Notes: generated from the letters alone by a model not told the origin. DNA of 35,279 bases from Actinomycetota bacterium (GCA_035272825.1 DATEQE010000163.1:1-35279), one strand, 5' to 3'; shown: positions 24,903 to 33,871, counted from the first letter of the stretch. Numbers and translations are program-made.

Positions 24903-26149
24903 AGGTCAGGGTCGGCGCCGCGACGGACATCGGCCAGGTCCGCGAGGGCAACGAGGACTCCTATCTGGTCGTCGAGCCCCTATACGCGGTCGCCGACGGA
25001 ATGGGCGGCCACCGAGGCGGCGAGGTGGCGTCGAGCCTGGCGCTCGAGACCGTGCAGGGGATGTTCGAGCGCCAGGAGGGCTCGCTCGCCGAACAGGTCA
25101 CCGAGGCCAACCGCGCCGTGTTCGACCGCTCGCAGAACGATCGCAGGGTCTCGGGGATGGGGACCACGCTGACCGCGGCTCAGGTCGATGGGAGCCGAGT
25201 GCACCTCGCGCACGTGGGCGATTCCCGCGCGTACCTGCTCCGCGGCGGCGAGCTCGCGCAGATCACCGAGGACCACACGCTCGTCCATCGGATGGTGATG
25301 GAGGGCGAGATCAGCGAGGAGGAGGCCGAGACGCACCCGCACCGGAGCATCCTCACGCGGGCCCTCGGCGTGGACCAGAACATCCAGGTCGACGAGGGCG
25401 ACCTCGAGGTCGCCCCGGGCGACCGGCTCCTGCTGTGCACCGACGGCCTCACCGGCATGGTCCCCGAGGGGCAGATCCGGGAGATCCTGCTCGAGACCCT
25501 CGACCCGCAGGAGGCGGTCGACAAGCTCGTCAAGGTCGCCAACCGCGCCGGCGGCATCGACAACATCACCGCCGTGATCCTCGACTTCGCGGACGACGGC
25601 GGCGGACCGGGCGCGACCAACGAGTCCGCGATGCCGCAGCACCCCACGATGGAGCGGCCGATCCCGCCGGCGACCGCGCCGAACCGATCCGACATCGCGA
25701 TCGTCGGCGCCCCGATGCCGCCGCCCGAGTCCTCGGTTGCCCCGAGCTCCCGTCCTGCGTCCCGCACGGATCGGCCGGCGCCGGAGCGGCGGCCCGAGCG
25801 TTCGCCCGGGTCACGCAGGGTCGGGAGGAAGGTGGGGATCTGGGCCGGCGTGACGCTCGCGATCGTCGCGCTGGGGGTGGTGGGGCTCCGCGTGTACCTC
25901 GACACCCAGTGGTTCGTCGGCGTCTCGAACGGCCGGGTGGCGATCTTCCGCGGTGTGCCCGCGGAGGTCGCCGGGCTCGAGCTGCACTCGGTCGTGGTCG
26001 AGACCTCGATCCCGGCGGAGAAGGCCGAGGCCATAGGGTTCTACCGAGGTCTCCCCGACGGCATCACGGCGGACGATCGGGCCGGCGCGGAGGCCATCGT
26101 GGAGAGCATCCGCGAGGACGTCGCCCGATTCGAGCAGCCCACCCCGTGA
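24899..26149 (+). CDS. pstP: PP2C-family Ser/Thr phosphatase with C-terminal TM segment
   Basis: ATG 24899 overlaps the fhaB stop (ATGA). Motifs: TDIGQVREGNEDS, VADGMGGHRGGEVAS, GTTLTAA, VGDSRAY, LCTDGL, GGIDNITAV. TM helix: IWAGVTLAIVALGVVGL. Confidence 0.9.
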   Translation: MKVRVGAATDIGQVREGNEDSYLVVEPLYAVADGMGGHRGGEVASSLALETVQGMFERQEGSLAEQVTEANRAVFDRSQNDRRVSGMGTTLTAAQVDGSRVHLAHVGDSRAYLLRGGELAQITEDHTLVHRMVMEGEISEEEAETHPHRSILTRALGVDQNIQVDEGDLEVAPGDRLLLCTDGLTGMVPEGQIREILLETLDPQEAVDKLVKVANRAGGIDNITAVILDFADDGGGPGATNESAMPQHPTMERPIPPATAPNRSDIAIVGAPMPPPESSVAPSSRPASRTDRPAPERRPERSPGSRRVGRKVGIWAGVTLAIVALGVVGLRVYLDTQWFVGVSNGRVAIFRGVPAEVAGLELHSVVVETSIPAEKAEAIGFYRGLPDGITADDRAGAEAIVESIREDVARFEQPTP

Positions 26150-27492
26150 ATCGAGCCGCGGCGCCGAGGAGCCGCACGTCGCTTGCGCCCTCGGTCGCGT
26201 TCACCATCCTGGCGCTGATCCTGTCGGTCGGGGCCTACGTGATCGCGGGCTTCGGCAAGCGCGGTCAGCTGCCGGCGACCTTCGCGCTGTACGTCACGAT
26301 CTTCGCGGCGGGGTACGCCGGCGCTTTGGTCGTCACCCGCCTGTTCGCTCAGCGTGCCGACCCCGCGCTGTTCCCGACCGCGGCCGTGCTGGTCGGGCTC
26401 GGTTTCGCCATGATCTTCCGGCTCTCGGGCGGGCTGGCGGCCGAGCAGGCGACGTGGATCGTCGTCGGGCTGCTCGCGTACGCGCTCACGTTGATCGTCG
26501 TGCGCGATGCCCGGATGCTCGACGCGTACACGTACACGATCGGACTGCTCGGTCTCCTGCTGTTGCTCCTGCCGGTCGCGCCCGGCATCGGCCGGACGAT
26601 CAACGGGGCGCGGCTGTGGGTGCAGATCGGGCCGATCGGATTCCAACCGGCCGAGATCGGCAAGGTGCTCGTCGTCATCTTCCTCGCGTCCTATCTGACG
26701 CAGAAGCGAGAACTGCTCCAGGTCGCGACCGCGCGGATCGGACCGTTCCGCCTCCCTCCCGCCAAGCACCTCGGCCCCGTCCTGCTCGCGTGGGGCGCGT
26801 CGCTCGCGATCCTGTTCCTGCAGAAGGACCTCGGCGCTTCCCTGCTGTACTTCGGGATCTTCGTCGTGATGCTCTGGGTGGCGACGGGCCGCGCCGCTTA
26901 CCTGGTGATCGGTCTGCTCCTGTTCGTGGTCGGCGCGTATGCGGGGTGGCTGCTGTTCGACCACGTTCAGCTGCGCGTCGATATCTGGCTCCACGCGCTC
27001 GACCCGGGGAAGGTCTTCGCGCAGGGTTACGGGCAGCTTGCGCAGGCGGAGTTCGGGATGGCGAGCGGCGGCATCGTCGGAACGGGGCTGGGCCAGGGCT
27101 CCCCGGGTCTGATCCCGTTCGCGTCCACCGACTTCATCTTCGCGGCGATCGGCGAGGAGCTCGGGCTGCTCGGCATCACGGCGGTCCTGCTGCTGATCCT
27201 CGTGCTCGTGGGCAAGGGGCTGCGCGTGGCCCTCCGCGCGCCGGACGGCTTCTCGACGCTGCTCGCGGTCGGTCTGTCGACGCTCGTCGCGCTGCAGGCC
27301 TTCGTGATCATCGGAGGGGTGACGCGGGTCATCCCGCTGACCGGCGTCACGCTCCCATTCGTGAGCTACGGAGGCTCGAGCCTGGTGTCGAACTTCGTCC
27401 TTCTCGGGCTGCTCGTCCGCGTCTCGAGCGGTCCGATGGCCCCGAGGGAGCGCTCTCCGCGCTTCGGGCTGCCGGAGCGGGCGGAGGCGTAG
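26146..27492 (+). CDS. rodA: FtsW/RodA/SpoVE-family peptidoglycan glycosyltransferase
   Basis: GTG 26146 overlaps the pstP stop (GTGA). Multi-pass membrane protein with GFQPAEIGKV, QKDLGASLL, STDFIFAAIGEELG and TLPFVSYGGSS. Confidence 0.9.
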   Translation: MNRAAAPRSRTSLAPSVAFTILALILSVGAYVIAGFGKRGQLPATFALYVTIFAAGYAGALVVTRLFAQRADPALFPTAAVLVGLGFAMIFRLSGGLAAEQATWIVVGLLAYALTLIVVRDARMLDAYTYTIGLLGLLLLLLPVAPGIGRTINGARLWVQIGPIGFQPAEIGKVLVVIFLASYLTQKRELLQVATARIGPFRLPPAKHLGPVLLAWGASLAILFLQKDLGASLLYFGIFVVMLWVATGRAAYLVIGLLLFVVGAYAGWLLFDHVQLRVDIWLHALDPGKVFAQGYGQLAQAEFGMASGGIVGTGLGQGSPGLIPFASTDFIFAAIGEELGLLGITAVLLLILVLVGKGLRVALRAPDGFSTLLAVGLSTLVALQAFVIIGGVTRVIPLTGVTLPFVSYGGSSLVSNFVLLGLLVRVSSGPMAPRERSPRFGLPERAEA

Positions 27493-27546
27493 CGAGTGGG
27501 CGGGGTATAGCGGGTGGGCGGGGTATAGCGGGTGGGCGGGGTATAG
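27490..27546. repeat. 18-nt tandem repeat, 3.2 copies, filling the rodA-pbpA intergenic region
   Basis: TAGCGAGTGGGCGGGGTA / TAGCGGGTGGGCGGGGTA / TAGCGGGTGGGCGGGGTA / TAG. The first TAG is the rodA stop; the last TAG abuts the pbpA GTG at 27547. Confidence 0.9.
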
Positions 27547-29037
27547 GTGGACCGGCAGATCCGGAAGCTTGGGATCGCCCTGCTCGTGCTGTTCCTGGTC
27601 GCGTTCGCGCAGGTGAACTACATCCAGGTGTTCGCCGCGGACCGGATCGCCGAGGACCCCGCCAACGCGCAGCGGCAGCTGATCGCCGAGTACAAGGTCG
27701 ACCGCGGCAGCATCCTGGCGGCCGACGGGACGACGGTCCTCGCGTCCAGCCGCAGGAGTCCGGGCGCGCTCCGGTTCCAGCGGCGCTACCCCCACGGGGA
27801 GTTGTACGCGCACGAGACCGGTTTCTACTCGTTCGTGTTCGGTCGCACGGAGCTCGAGCAAAGCTACAACGACTTTCTGACCGGCGACGCGGCCGAGCTC
27901 CTGCCGCAGACGCTCACCGATCTGATCCTCGGCAGGCCCAAGCAGGGCGCGACAATCGTGACGACCCTCGTGCCCGAGATCCAGGAGGCCGCCGAGGCCG
28001 CGGCGCTGGCGGAGGCGGGCGACGTCGCGATCGCCGCGATCGACCCCGCGACCGGCGACGTACTCGCTCTGGTCTCCGAGCCGACCTTCGACCCGAACCT
28101 GCTCGCCTCGCAGGACCCCAAGGTCGTGCGGGATTCGTGGGACGAGCTGAACGCCGATCCCGAGAAGCCGCTGCTCTCGCGCGCGAGCGACGAGCTGTTC
28201 CCGCCAGGCTCGACGTTCAAGCTCGTGACGGCGTCGGCCGCGCTCGAGAACGGGTTCGGCCCGGAGAGCCTGTGGCCCAACCCGAACGAGCTCGACCTCC
28301 CGCTCACCGACGCGACGATCGAGAATTTCGGCGGCTCGACGTGTTCGGGTGGCTCGCAGATCACGCTCGCCGACGCGCTCCGCCAGTCGTGCAACGTCGT
28401 GTTCGGCGCGGTTGGGCTCGTGCTCGGTGCCCAGAAGCTCGCCGAGCAGGCGCGCGCGTACGGGTTCACCGCCGAGGCCGGCGAGGACCTCGTGCCGTTC
28501 GACATCCCGTGGACCTCGGGTGTGTTCCCGGCGCCCGAGACGTTCGTGGATCGCGAGCCCGCCATTGCGATCTCGGCGATCGGGCAGCAGGACGTGGCCG
28601 CGAACCCGTTGCAGATGGCCCTCGTCGCGGCGGCGATCGCGAACGACGGCGTCGAGATGCAGCCGCAACTGGTCACCGAGGCTCGAGACCCGAGCGGGCG
28701 CGTGATCGCGGAGTTCCAACCGCAGGAGTTCTCGCGGCCGCTGTCGCCCGAGAACGCAGCGGCGCTGACGCAGATGATGGTCGGCGTCGTCGAGAGCGGG
28801 ACCGGCACGGCGGCCCAGATCCCCGGCGTCACGGTTGCCGGCAAGACCGGCACCGCCCAGCACGGCGACGGGGCGGATCCGCACGCGTGGTTCGTGTGCT
28901 TCGCTCCCGCGGAGGCTCCTCGGATCGCCGTCGCGGTTATCGTCCTCGACGGCGGTAGCCTTGGCAGCGAAGCGACGGGCGGACAGGTCGCCGCGCCGAT
29001 CGCGAGGGCGGTCGTGGAGGCCGCACTGGGCGCCTGA
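27547..29037 (+). CDS. pbpA: penicillin-binding protein A (class B transpeptidase)
   Basis: Track ORF of 496 aa with an N-terminal TM helix. Motifs: SxxK STFK, SxN SCN, KTGT. Confidence 0.9.
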   Translation: MDRQIRKLGIALLVLFLVAFAQVNYIQVFAADRIAEDPANAQRQLIAEYKVDRGSILAADGTTVLASSRRSPGALRFQRRYPHGELYAHETGFYSFVFGRTELEQSYNDFLTGDAAELLPQTLTDLILGRPKQGATIVTTLVPEIQEAAEAAALAEAGDVAIAAIDPATGDVLALVSEPTFDPNLLASQDPKVVRDSWDELNADPEKPLLSRASDELFPPGSTFKLVTASAALENGFGPESLWPNPNELDLPLTDATIENFGGSTCSGGSQITLADALRQSCNVVFGAVGLVLGAQKLAEQARAYGFTAEAGEDLVPFDIPWTSGVFPAPETFVDREPAIAISAIGQQDVAANPLQMALVAAAIANDGVEMQPQLVTEARDPSGRVIAEFQPQEFSRPLSPENAAALTQMMVGVVESGTGTAAQIPGVTVAGKTGTAQHGDGADPHAWFVCFAPAEAPRIAVAVIVLDGGSLGSEATGGQVAAPIARAVVEAALGA

Positions 29038-29068
29038 GCCAAGCACGATCGAGCGGGAGGTTCCGGAG

Positions 29069-30781
29069 ATCGATCTGCCGATAACCCTCGGGGGGCGATA
29101 CCGAGTCGAGCGGGAGCTCGGCCGCGGCGGCATGGCCAAGGTCTTCCTGGGCTCCGATACGGTGCTCGGCCGGACCGTGGCCGTGAAGGTCCTGGCGCCG
29201 CAGTTCGCGGACGACGGGGGCTTCGTCCAGCGGTTCCGCCGCGAAGCGCAGGCCGCGGCGAGCATCGGCCACCCGAACATCGTCTCGGTCTTCGACACCG
29301 GATCGGACGACGGCGTGCACTTCATCGTGATGGAGTACGTGGAGGGCCGAACGCTCGCCGAGATCCTCGCGGGGGGCGGACGCATCCTCCCCGACCGCGC
29401 GATCGACATCGCGATGGACGTGTGCCGGGCGCTCGAGGCCGCGCATGCCCGGGGCGTGATCCACCGCGACATCAAGCCCGGCAACATCATGCTCAACCCT
29501 CGCGGCGCGGTGAAGGTCACCGACTTCGGCATCGCGCGCGTCACCACGACGGCCGACACGGTCGCCCAGACGGCGGCGATCCTCGGTACGGCGTCCTACC
29601 TGTCGCCGGAGCAGGCGCAAGGACAGCCCGTCGACGGGCGTTCGGACATCTACTCGCTCGGATGCGTGCTGTACGAGATGGTCACGGGCCGGCCGCCGTT
29701 CCTCGGCGACTCCCCCGTCGCGGTCGCGTCCAAGCAGGTGCTCGAGCAGCCGACGCCTCCGTCGCGACTCAACCCGGATGTCACGGCCGACCTCGACGCC
29801 GTGATCCTGCGGGCACTCGCGAAGAACCCGGCGAACCGCTATCAGTCGGCCGAGGAGATGCGCGCCGACCTCGAACGCGCCAAGCGCGGGCTCCCCGTGC
29901 AGGCGACGCCGCTGCTCGCCGCCGGGGCGACCCAGGTCCTGGACCGCCCGCCCGCGCCTGCGACCCAGGTGCTTCCGCCACCCCAACGCGAGCGCGGCAC
30001 GAACTGGGTGCCGATCGTCGTGACGCTCGTGCTGATCGCGCTCCTGGGGGCCCTGCTGTGGTTCCTGGCAGTCAACGTCCTGAACAACGACGATCAGCAG
30101 ACGGGGGTGCTGGTCAACGTCACCGTCCCCGACGTAGTGGGGAAGAGTCGAACGCAGGCCGAGCAGGACCTCAGCGAGGCAGGGCTCGAGGTCGGGAGCA
30201 TCACACGGGTTCCCGCCGCGGACGACACTCAGCAACCCGGCACGGTGGTCGAGCAGGATCCCGCGGCGAACGCCGAGGTCGAGCGCGGGACGGCCGTCGA
30301 CCTCACGATCGTCGCGACGCCCGATCAAGTCGCGATCCCGAGCCTCGAGGGCTCGTCGCTCGAAGAAGCTCAGGCGACGCTGACCGGCCTCGGGCTCGTG
30401 CCTGCGGGTCCACAGGAGGAGCCGAGCGACACGATCGACGCCGGCCTCGTCACGCGCACCGATCCCGCCCCGGGCACGGATGTCGACCCCGGCTCCCAGG
30501 TCACGATCTTCGTCTCGGCTGGGCCCACTCAGGTTCCGGTGCCCGAGGTTCGGTGCCAGAGCTTCGGCTCGGCCCAGAACGAGCTCGACAAGGCGGGACT
30601 GAGCTCGGTCATCTCCAGCGAGACCGTGCCCATCAACCCGGCGTGCCCACTGGGGAACAAGGTCGCGGCGCAGGATCCGGCGCCCGGGACGCAGGTCGAC
30701 CCAGGCAGCACCGTGACCTTGTTCCAGGGCGTCGAGGGTCCCACAGGTCCGACCGGTGGGACCGGCGAGACCGGCGGCTAG
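29069..30781 (+). CDS. pknB: Ser/Thr protein kinase with TM helix and three PASTA domains
   Basis: The kinase core runs from GRYRVERELGRGGMAKVFLG..VAVKVL, through HRDIKPGNIML and DFGIA, to SPEQA. TM helix: WVPIVVTLVLIALLGALLWFL. Three units of about 65 aa follow (PDVVGKS..., IPSLEGSS..., VPEVRCQS...). The start is not resolved: there is no ATG, GTG or TTG between the pbpA stop and the P-loop. ATC 29069 lies 8 nt after GGGAGG. Alternatives are CTG 29075 or TTG 28961. Confidence 0.85.
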   Translation: MDLPITLGGRYRVERELGRGGMAKVFLGSDTVLGRTVAVKVLAPQFADDGGFVQRFRREAQAAASIGHPNIVSVFDTGSDDGVHFIVMEYVEGRTLAEILAGGGRILPDRAIDIAMDVCRALEAAHARGVIHRDIKPGNIMLNPRGAVKVTDFGIARVTTTADTVAQTAAILGTASYLSPEQAQGQPVDGRSDIYSLGCVLYEMVTGRPPFLGDSPVAVASKQVLEQPTPPSRLNPDVTADLDAVILRALAKNPANRYQSAEEMRADLERAKRGLPVQATPLLAAGATQVLDRPPAPATQVLPPPQRERGTNWVPIVVTLVLIALLGALLWFLAVNVLNNDDQQTGVLVNVTVPDVVGKSRTQAEQDLSEAGLEVGSITRVPAADDTQQPGTVVEQDPAANAEVERGTAVDLTIVATPDQVAIPSLEGSSLEEAQATLTGLGLVPAGPQEEPSDTIDAGLVTRTDPAPGTDVDPGSQVTIFVSAGPTQVPVPEVRCQSFGSAQNELDKAGLSSVISSETVPINPACPLGNKVAAQDPAPGTQVDPGSTVTLFQGVEGPTGPTGGTGETGG

Positions 30782-30783
30782 GC

Positions 30784-32394
30784 GTGGTCGCCTTCGTCCA
30801 CGAGGAGTTCACCGACGAGGAGCGCGCCCGGCTCACCCCGCACTTCACGAACCTCGACGGCCCGGTCTTCGCGCTCACAAACCTGCCCGAGGTGGTGAAG
30901 GGCGCGCTGTTCGCGCGCTACTCGAGGACGCCGAAGTCGCTCCGCCGCCTGTTCCTCGACGAGTTCGCCGAGCCGCTGGAGGCCGGCGCCGTCGCGGGGC
31001 TCGAGGGTGTCAAGGTGGAGAAGGCGGAGCAGCTGTTCGACCGCGTGTTCTTCGAGTTCGGCGACGACTCCGTCGCCCAGCTCGGCGGCGTGCACCTCGC
31101 GTGCGAGCAGGCCTCGCAGCTCCTCGCCAAGGCCATCGAATGGGGGCGCCTCGCGGCGTACCTCGAGCAGTCGACGCGTTACATGCGCTACGACGACCGA
31201 CCCGGCGACCGGTGGCGGCTCACGACGCCGCCCGAGATCGAGGGCGGCCCCGGCGGCGAGGAATACGAGGCGTACGCGACGCGGACGTTCGAGGCGTACG
31301 GGCGGATGTTCCGGCCGCTGTCCGACCTGTTCGCCGAGCGCTTCCCCAAGGACCCGGACGATTCGGACTTCCTATACCGCTCGACGATCACGGCGAAGAC
31401 CTGCGACACGCTCCGGGTGCTGCTGCCGGCCGGGACGCGTTCGAACCTCGGCGTGTTCGCGACCGGCCAGGCCTACGAACAGATGCTGATCCGGATGCAC
31501 GTCCACCCCCTCGCGGAGGTGCGCGACTACGCCGACCTGATGCTCGTCGAGCTCCGCAAGGTGATCCCCGCGTTCCTCAAGCGCGTCGACCTCCCCGACC
31601 GCGGCGTGGCCTGGTCCCGGTACCTCGCGGAGACGCGCGAGGCGACGGCCGAGGTCACCGCGAAGTTCACCGAGGGCGTCGAGCCCGGACACCGCGACGC
31701 CGTCACGCTCACCGACTACGACCCGCTCGGCGAGGAGAAGGTGATCGCCGCGGCGATGTACGCTGCGTCGGACCTGCCCGACGACCGGCTGCAGTCGCTC
31801 GCGCACTCGATGAGCGCCGGCGAACGCGACGCGGTGCTGCGCGCCTACGTCGGCGAACGCGGCAACCGGCGGCACAAGCCCGGCCGCGCGTTCGAGCGCA
31901 CCGGCTACCGGTTCGACGTGGTGTGCGACTACGGCGCGTTCCGCGACCTCCAACGCCACCGCCTCCTCACGCTCGAATGGCAACGCCTGTCGCCCCAGCA
32001 CGGGTTCGACACCCCGGAGGTGATCGCCGACGCGCGGATGACCGACGAGTGGAACCGCGTGATGGAGGACTCGGCAGCGACCTGTGCCACGCTCGCGGAC
32101 CAGGCGGGTCCGGACGTCGCGCAGTACGCGGTCTCGATGGCGTACCGGATCCGGTTCGTGCTGCAGATGAGCGCCCGGGAGGCGATGCACCTGATCGAGC
32201 TTCGGTCGTCGCCCCAGGGTCACCCCACCTACCGGCGGATCGCACAGCAGATGCACGAGCTGATCGACACGACCGCCGGACATCGCGCGATCGCCGCGAC
32301 CATGACGTACCTCGACACGAGCGACGTGGATCTCGAACGCCTCGAAGCCGAGCGCCGCGCTGACGCAAGGCGCAAGGCCGCGCGGGCCGGCTGA
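30784..32394 (+). CDS. double-length ThyX (Thy1, flavin-dependent thymidylate synthase)-like protein, 536 aa
   Basis: GTG 30784 lies 2 nt after the pknB stop, in frame in track ORF 29422..32394. N-terminal half: NLPEVVKGALFARYSR..., WGRLAAYLEQSTRYMRY. C-terminal half: YGAFRDLQRHRLLTLEWQ, SAREAMHLIELRSSPQGHPTYR. Confidence 0.8.
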   Translation: MVAFVHEEFTDEERARLTPHFTNLDGPVFALTNLPEVVKGALFARYSRTPKSLRRLFLDEFAEPLEAGAVAGLEGVKVEKAEQLFDRVFFEFGDDSVAQLGGVHLACEQASQLLAKAIEWGRLAAYLEQSTRYMRYDDRPGDRWRLTTPPEIEGGPGGEEYEAYATRTFEAYGRMFRPLSDLFAERFPKDPDDSDFLYRSTITAKTCDTLRVLLPAGTRSNLGVFATGQAYEQMLIRMHVHPLAEVRDYADLMLVELRKVIPAFLKRVDLPDRGVAWSRYLAETREATAEVTAKFTEGVEPGHRDAVTLTDYDPLGEEKVIAAAMYAASDLPDDRLQSLAHSMSAGERDAVLRAYVGERGNRRHKPGRAFERTGYRFDVVCDYGAFRDLQRHRLLTLEWQRLSPQHGFDTPEVIADARMTDEWNRVMEDSAATCATLADQAGPDVAQYAVSMAYRIRFVLQMSAREAMHLIELRSSPQGHPTYRRIAQQMHELIDTTAGHRAIAATMTYLDTSDVDLERLEAERRADARRKAARAG

Positions 32395-32397
32395 GCT

Positions 32398-33477
32398 CTA
32401 TCCCGAACGGCCGGCGCCGAGGATCTCGGCGAGGTCGAAGCTCACCGGCTCCTCCAGCTGCTCGAACGTGCACGAGCGCGGTTCGCGGTCGGGACGCCAC
32501 CCGACGAACTGCGCCGTGTGCCGGAACCGATTCCCCTCCATGTGGTCGTACCGCACCTCGACGACCCGCTCGGGTCGGAGCGGGACGAAGGACAGGTCCT
32601 TCTTGGGGTTCCAGCGGCTGCCCTCGGCGCTCCGCGGCGTCCGCGCCTCGGCCATCTCCTGCTCCCAGTCCCACGGGTGGCCGTCGAACGTCGTGACCCA
32701 CGGTTGCAGCTCCTCGAGGAGCTCGCGACGGCGATCCATCGGGAACGCCCCGATCACCCCGACGTTGGCGAGCACGCCCGCGTCGTCGTACAGCCCGAGC
32801 AGGAGCGACCCGACGGCATCGGGACCGCTCTTGTGGAGCCGGTACCCGGCCACGACGCAGTCGGCGGTGCGCTCGTGCTTGATCTTGAACATCACGCGCT
32901 TGTCCTGCTGGTAGGTGCCCCCGAGCGGCTTCGCCACCACCCCGTCGAGCCCGGCCCCCTCGAACTCGTCGAACCACCGCCGCGCGACCTCCGCGTCGGT
33001 CGTGGCCGGCGTGACGTGGATCGGCGACTCCGCGTCCGCGAGCGCGGCCTCGAGCGCGGTCCGCCGCTCGGCGAACGGTCGACCCGTGAGGTCGTCATCG
33101 CCGAGCGCCAGCAGATCGAACGCGACGAGGTGGGCCGGGGTGGCTTCGGCCAGCATCCGGACGCGGCTGTCGGCGGGATGGATCCGCTGCTGCAGCGTCT
33201 CGAACTCGAGCCGACCCAGCTCGGGGTCGGGGACCACGATCTCGCCGTCGACGACGACTCGCTCCGGCAGGTTCGCCCCGATCGCCTGCACGACCTCGGG
33301 GAAGTAGCGGGTCATCGGCCGCTCGTTCCGGCTGCCGATCTCCACCTCGTCGTGGTCGCGGAAGACGATCGAGCGGAACCCGTCCCACTTGGGCTCGTAG
33401 CTGAACGGGCCGGCCGGGATCTCCTTGATCGACTTCGCGAGCATGGGGGCGACGGGCGGCATAACGGGCAGACGCAT
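32398..33477 (-). CDS. ATP-dependent DNA ligase (LigC-like, 359 aa)
   Basis: ATG 33477 is in frame in track ORF 32398..33810. Sequence: MRLPVMPPVAPMLAK, adenylation motif I EPKWDGFR, VVDGEIVV, AFDLL, GLDGVVAK, FKIKHERTADCVV, OB-fold tail. Confidence 0.88.
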   Translation of the reverse strand: MRLPVMPPVAPMLAKSIKEIPAGPFSYEPKWDGFRSIVFRDHDEVEIGSRNERPMTRYFPEVVQAIGANLPERVVVDGEIVVPDPELGRLEFETLQQRIHPADSRVRMLAEATPAHLVAFDLLALGDDDLTGRPFAERRTALEAALADAESPIHVTPATTDAEVARRWFDEFEGAGLDGVVAKPLGGTYQQDKRVMFKIKHERTADCVVAGYRLHKSGPDAVGSLLLGLYDDAGVLANVGVIGAFPMDRRRELLEELQPWVTTFDGHPWDWEQEMAEARTPRSAEGSRWNPKKDLSFVPLRPERVVEVRYDHMEGNRFRHTAQFVGWRPDREPRSCTFEQLEEPVSFDLAEILGAGRSG

Positions 33478-33653
33478 CCACCTATCTTGCCCCACCCGGC
33501 TCCGGGTGCCTTGCGGCCGCTTGGACGCGAGGCCACGCTCACGCGTTCGATCGGGGCGGGGGCTCGCGACCGCGACGCCGGCAAGCTCGGATCCGGTCCG
33601 ACTACCGCCTCGCGGACCGACCGAATGACCCTTCGGGTAGCCTTTGCTCCATC

Positions 33654-33818
33654 GTGGATCGGCAGACGGCGTTCCTGGTGGCCCTCGGCCTGCTGATCCT
33701 CGCTGCGGCGATCGTGTCCGTGACCGGTTGGATCCTGTTCGTCCGCGATCGCCGGGCGAGCCGCGCACCTCGCGGGGCCGAGCTCGTTCCCCCGGTCGAT
33801 CGTCGTTCAAGCGTCTGA
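33654..33818 (+). CDS. possible small single-pass membrane protein (54 aa)
   Basis: Below the ORF-track size cut-off. GTG 33654 to TGA 33816-33818 gives [54 protein letters not shown], with one clear hydrophobic helix followed by a basic stretch. No good Shine-Dalgarno sequence. Confidence 0.3.
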   Translation: MDRQTAFLVALGLLILAAAIVSVTGWILFVRDRRASRAPRGAELVPPVDRRSSV

Positions 33819-33871
33819 GGCTCCGGGACCTTGCGCGACGCCCATCGCGTGTGCCAGACTCGGCCCGATGT

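Noticed and set aside
27490-27546. Mini CRISPR array, or a repeat-encoded peptide (YPAHPL x3 in the antisense ORF).
   Set aside because: The units are strictly contiguous with no spacers, there are only about 3 copies, and no cas genes are present. The YPAHPL repeat belongs to an antisense artefact ORF.
26041-29559. 1172-aa minus-strand ORF, the longest in the track. Similar giants are 4993..7638-, 2404..4962+, 10117..11883-, 17773..19641-, 28937..30328- and 29422..32394+ (N-terminal part).
   Set aside because: These ORFs are antisense or off-frame to genes with unmistakable homologues (rodA, pbpA, pknB, galT/galK, PAS gene). Their translations are Arg/Pro/Gly/Asp-rich low-complexity sequence with no motifs. 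Long open frames are expected by chance at this GC content.
30731-30781. Collagen-like Gly-X-Y tail at the PknB C-terminus (GPTGPTGGTGETGG).
   Set aside because: There are only 4-5 triplets, too short for a triple helix. It is most simply a flexible low-complexity tail.
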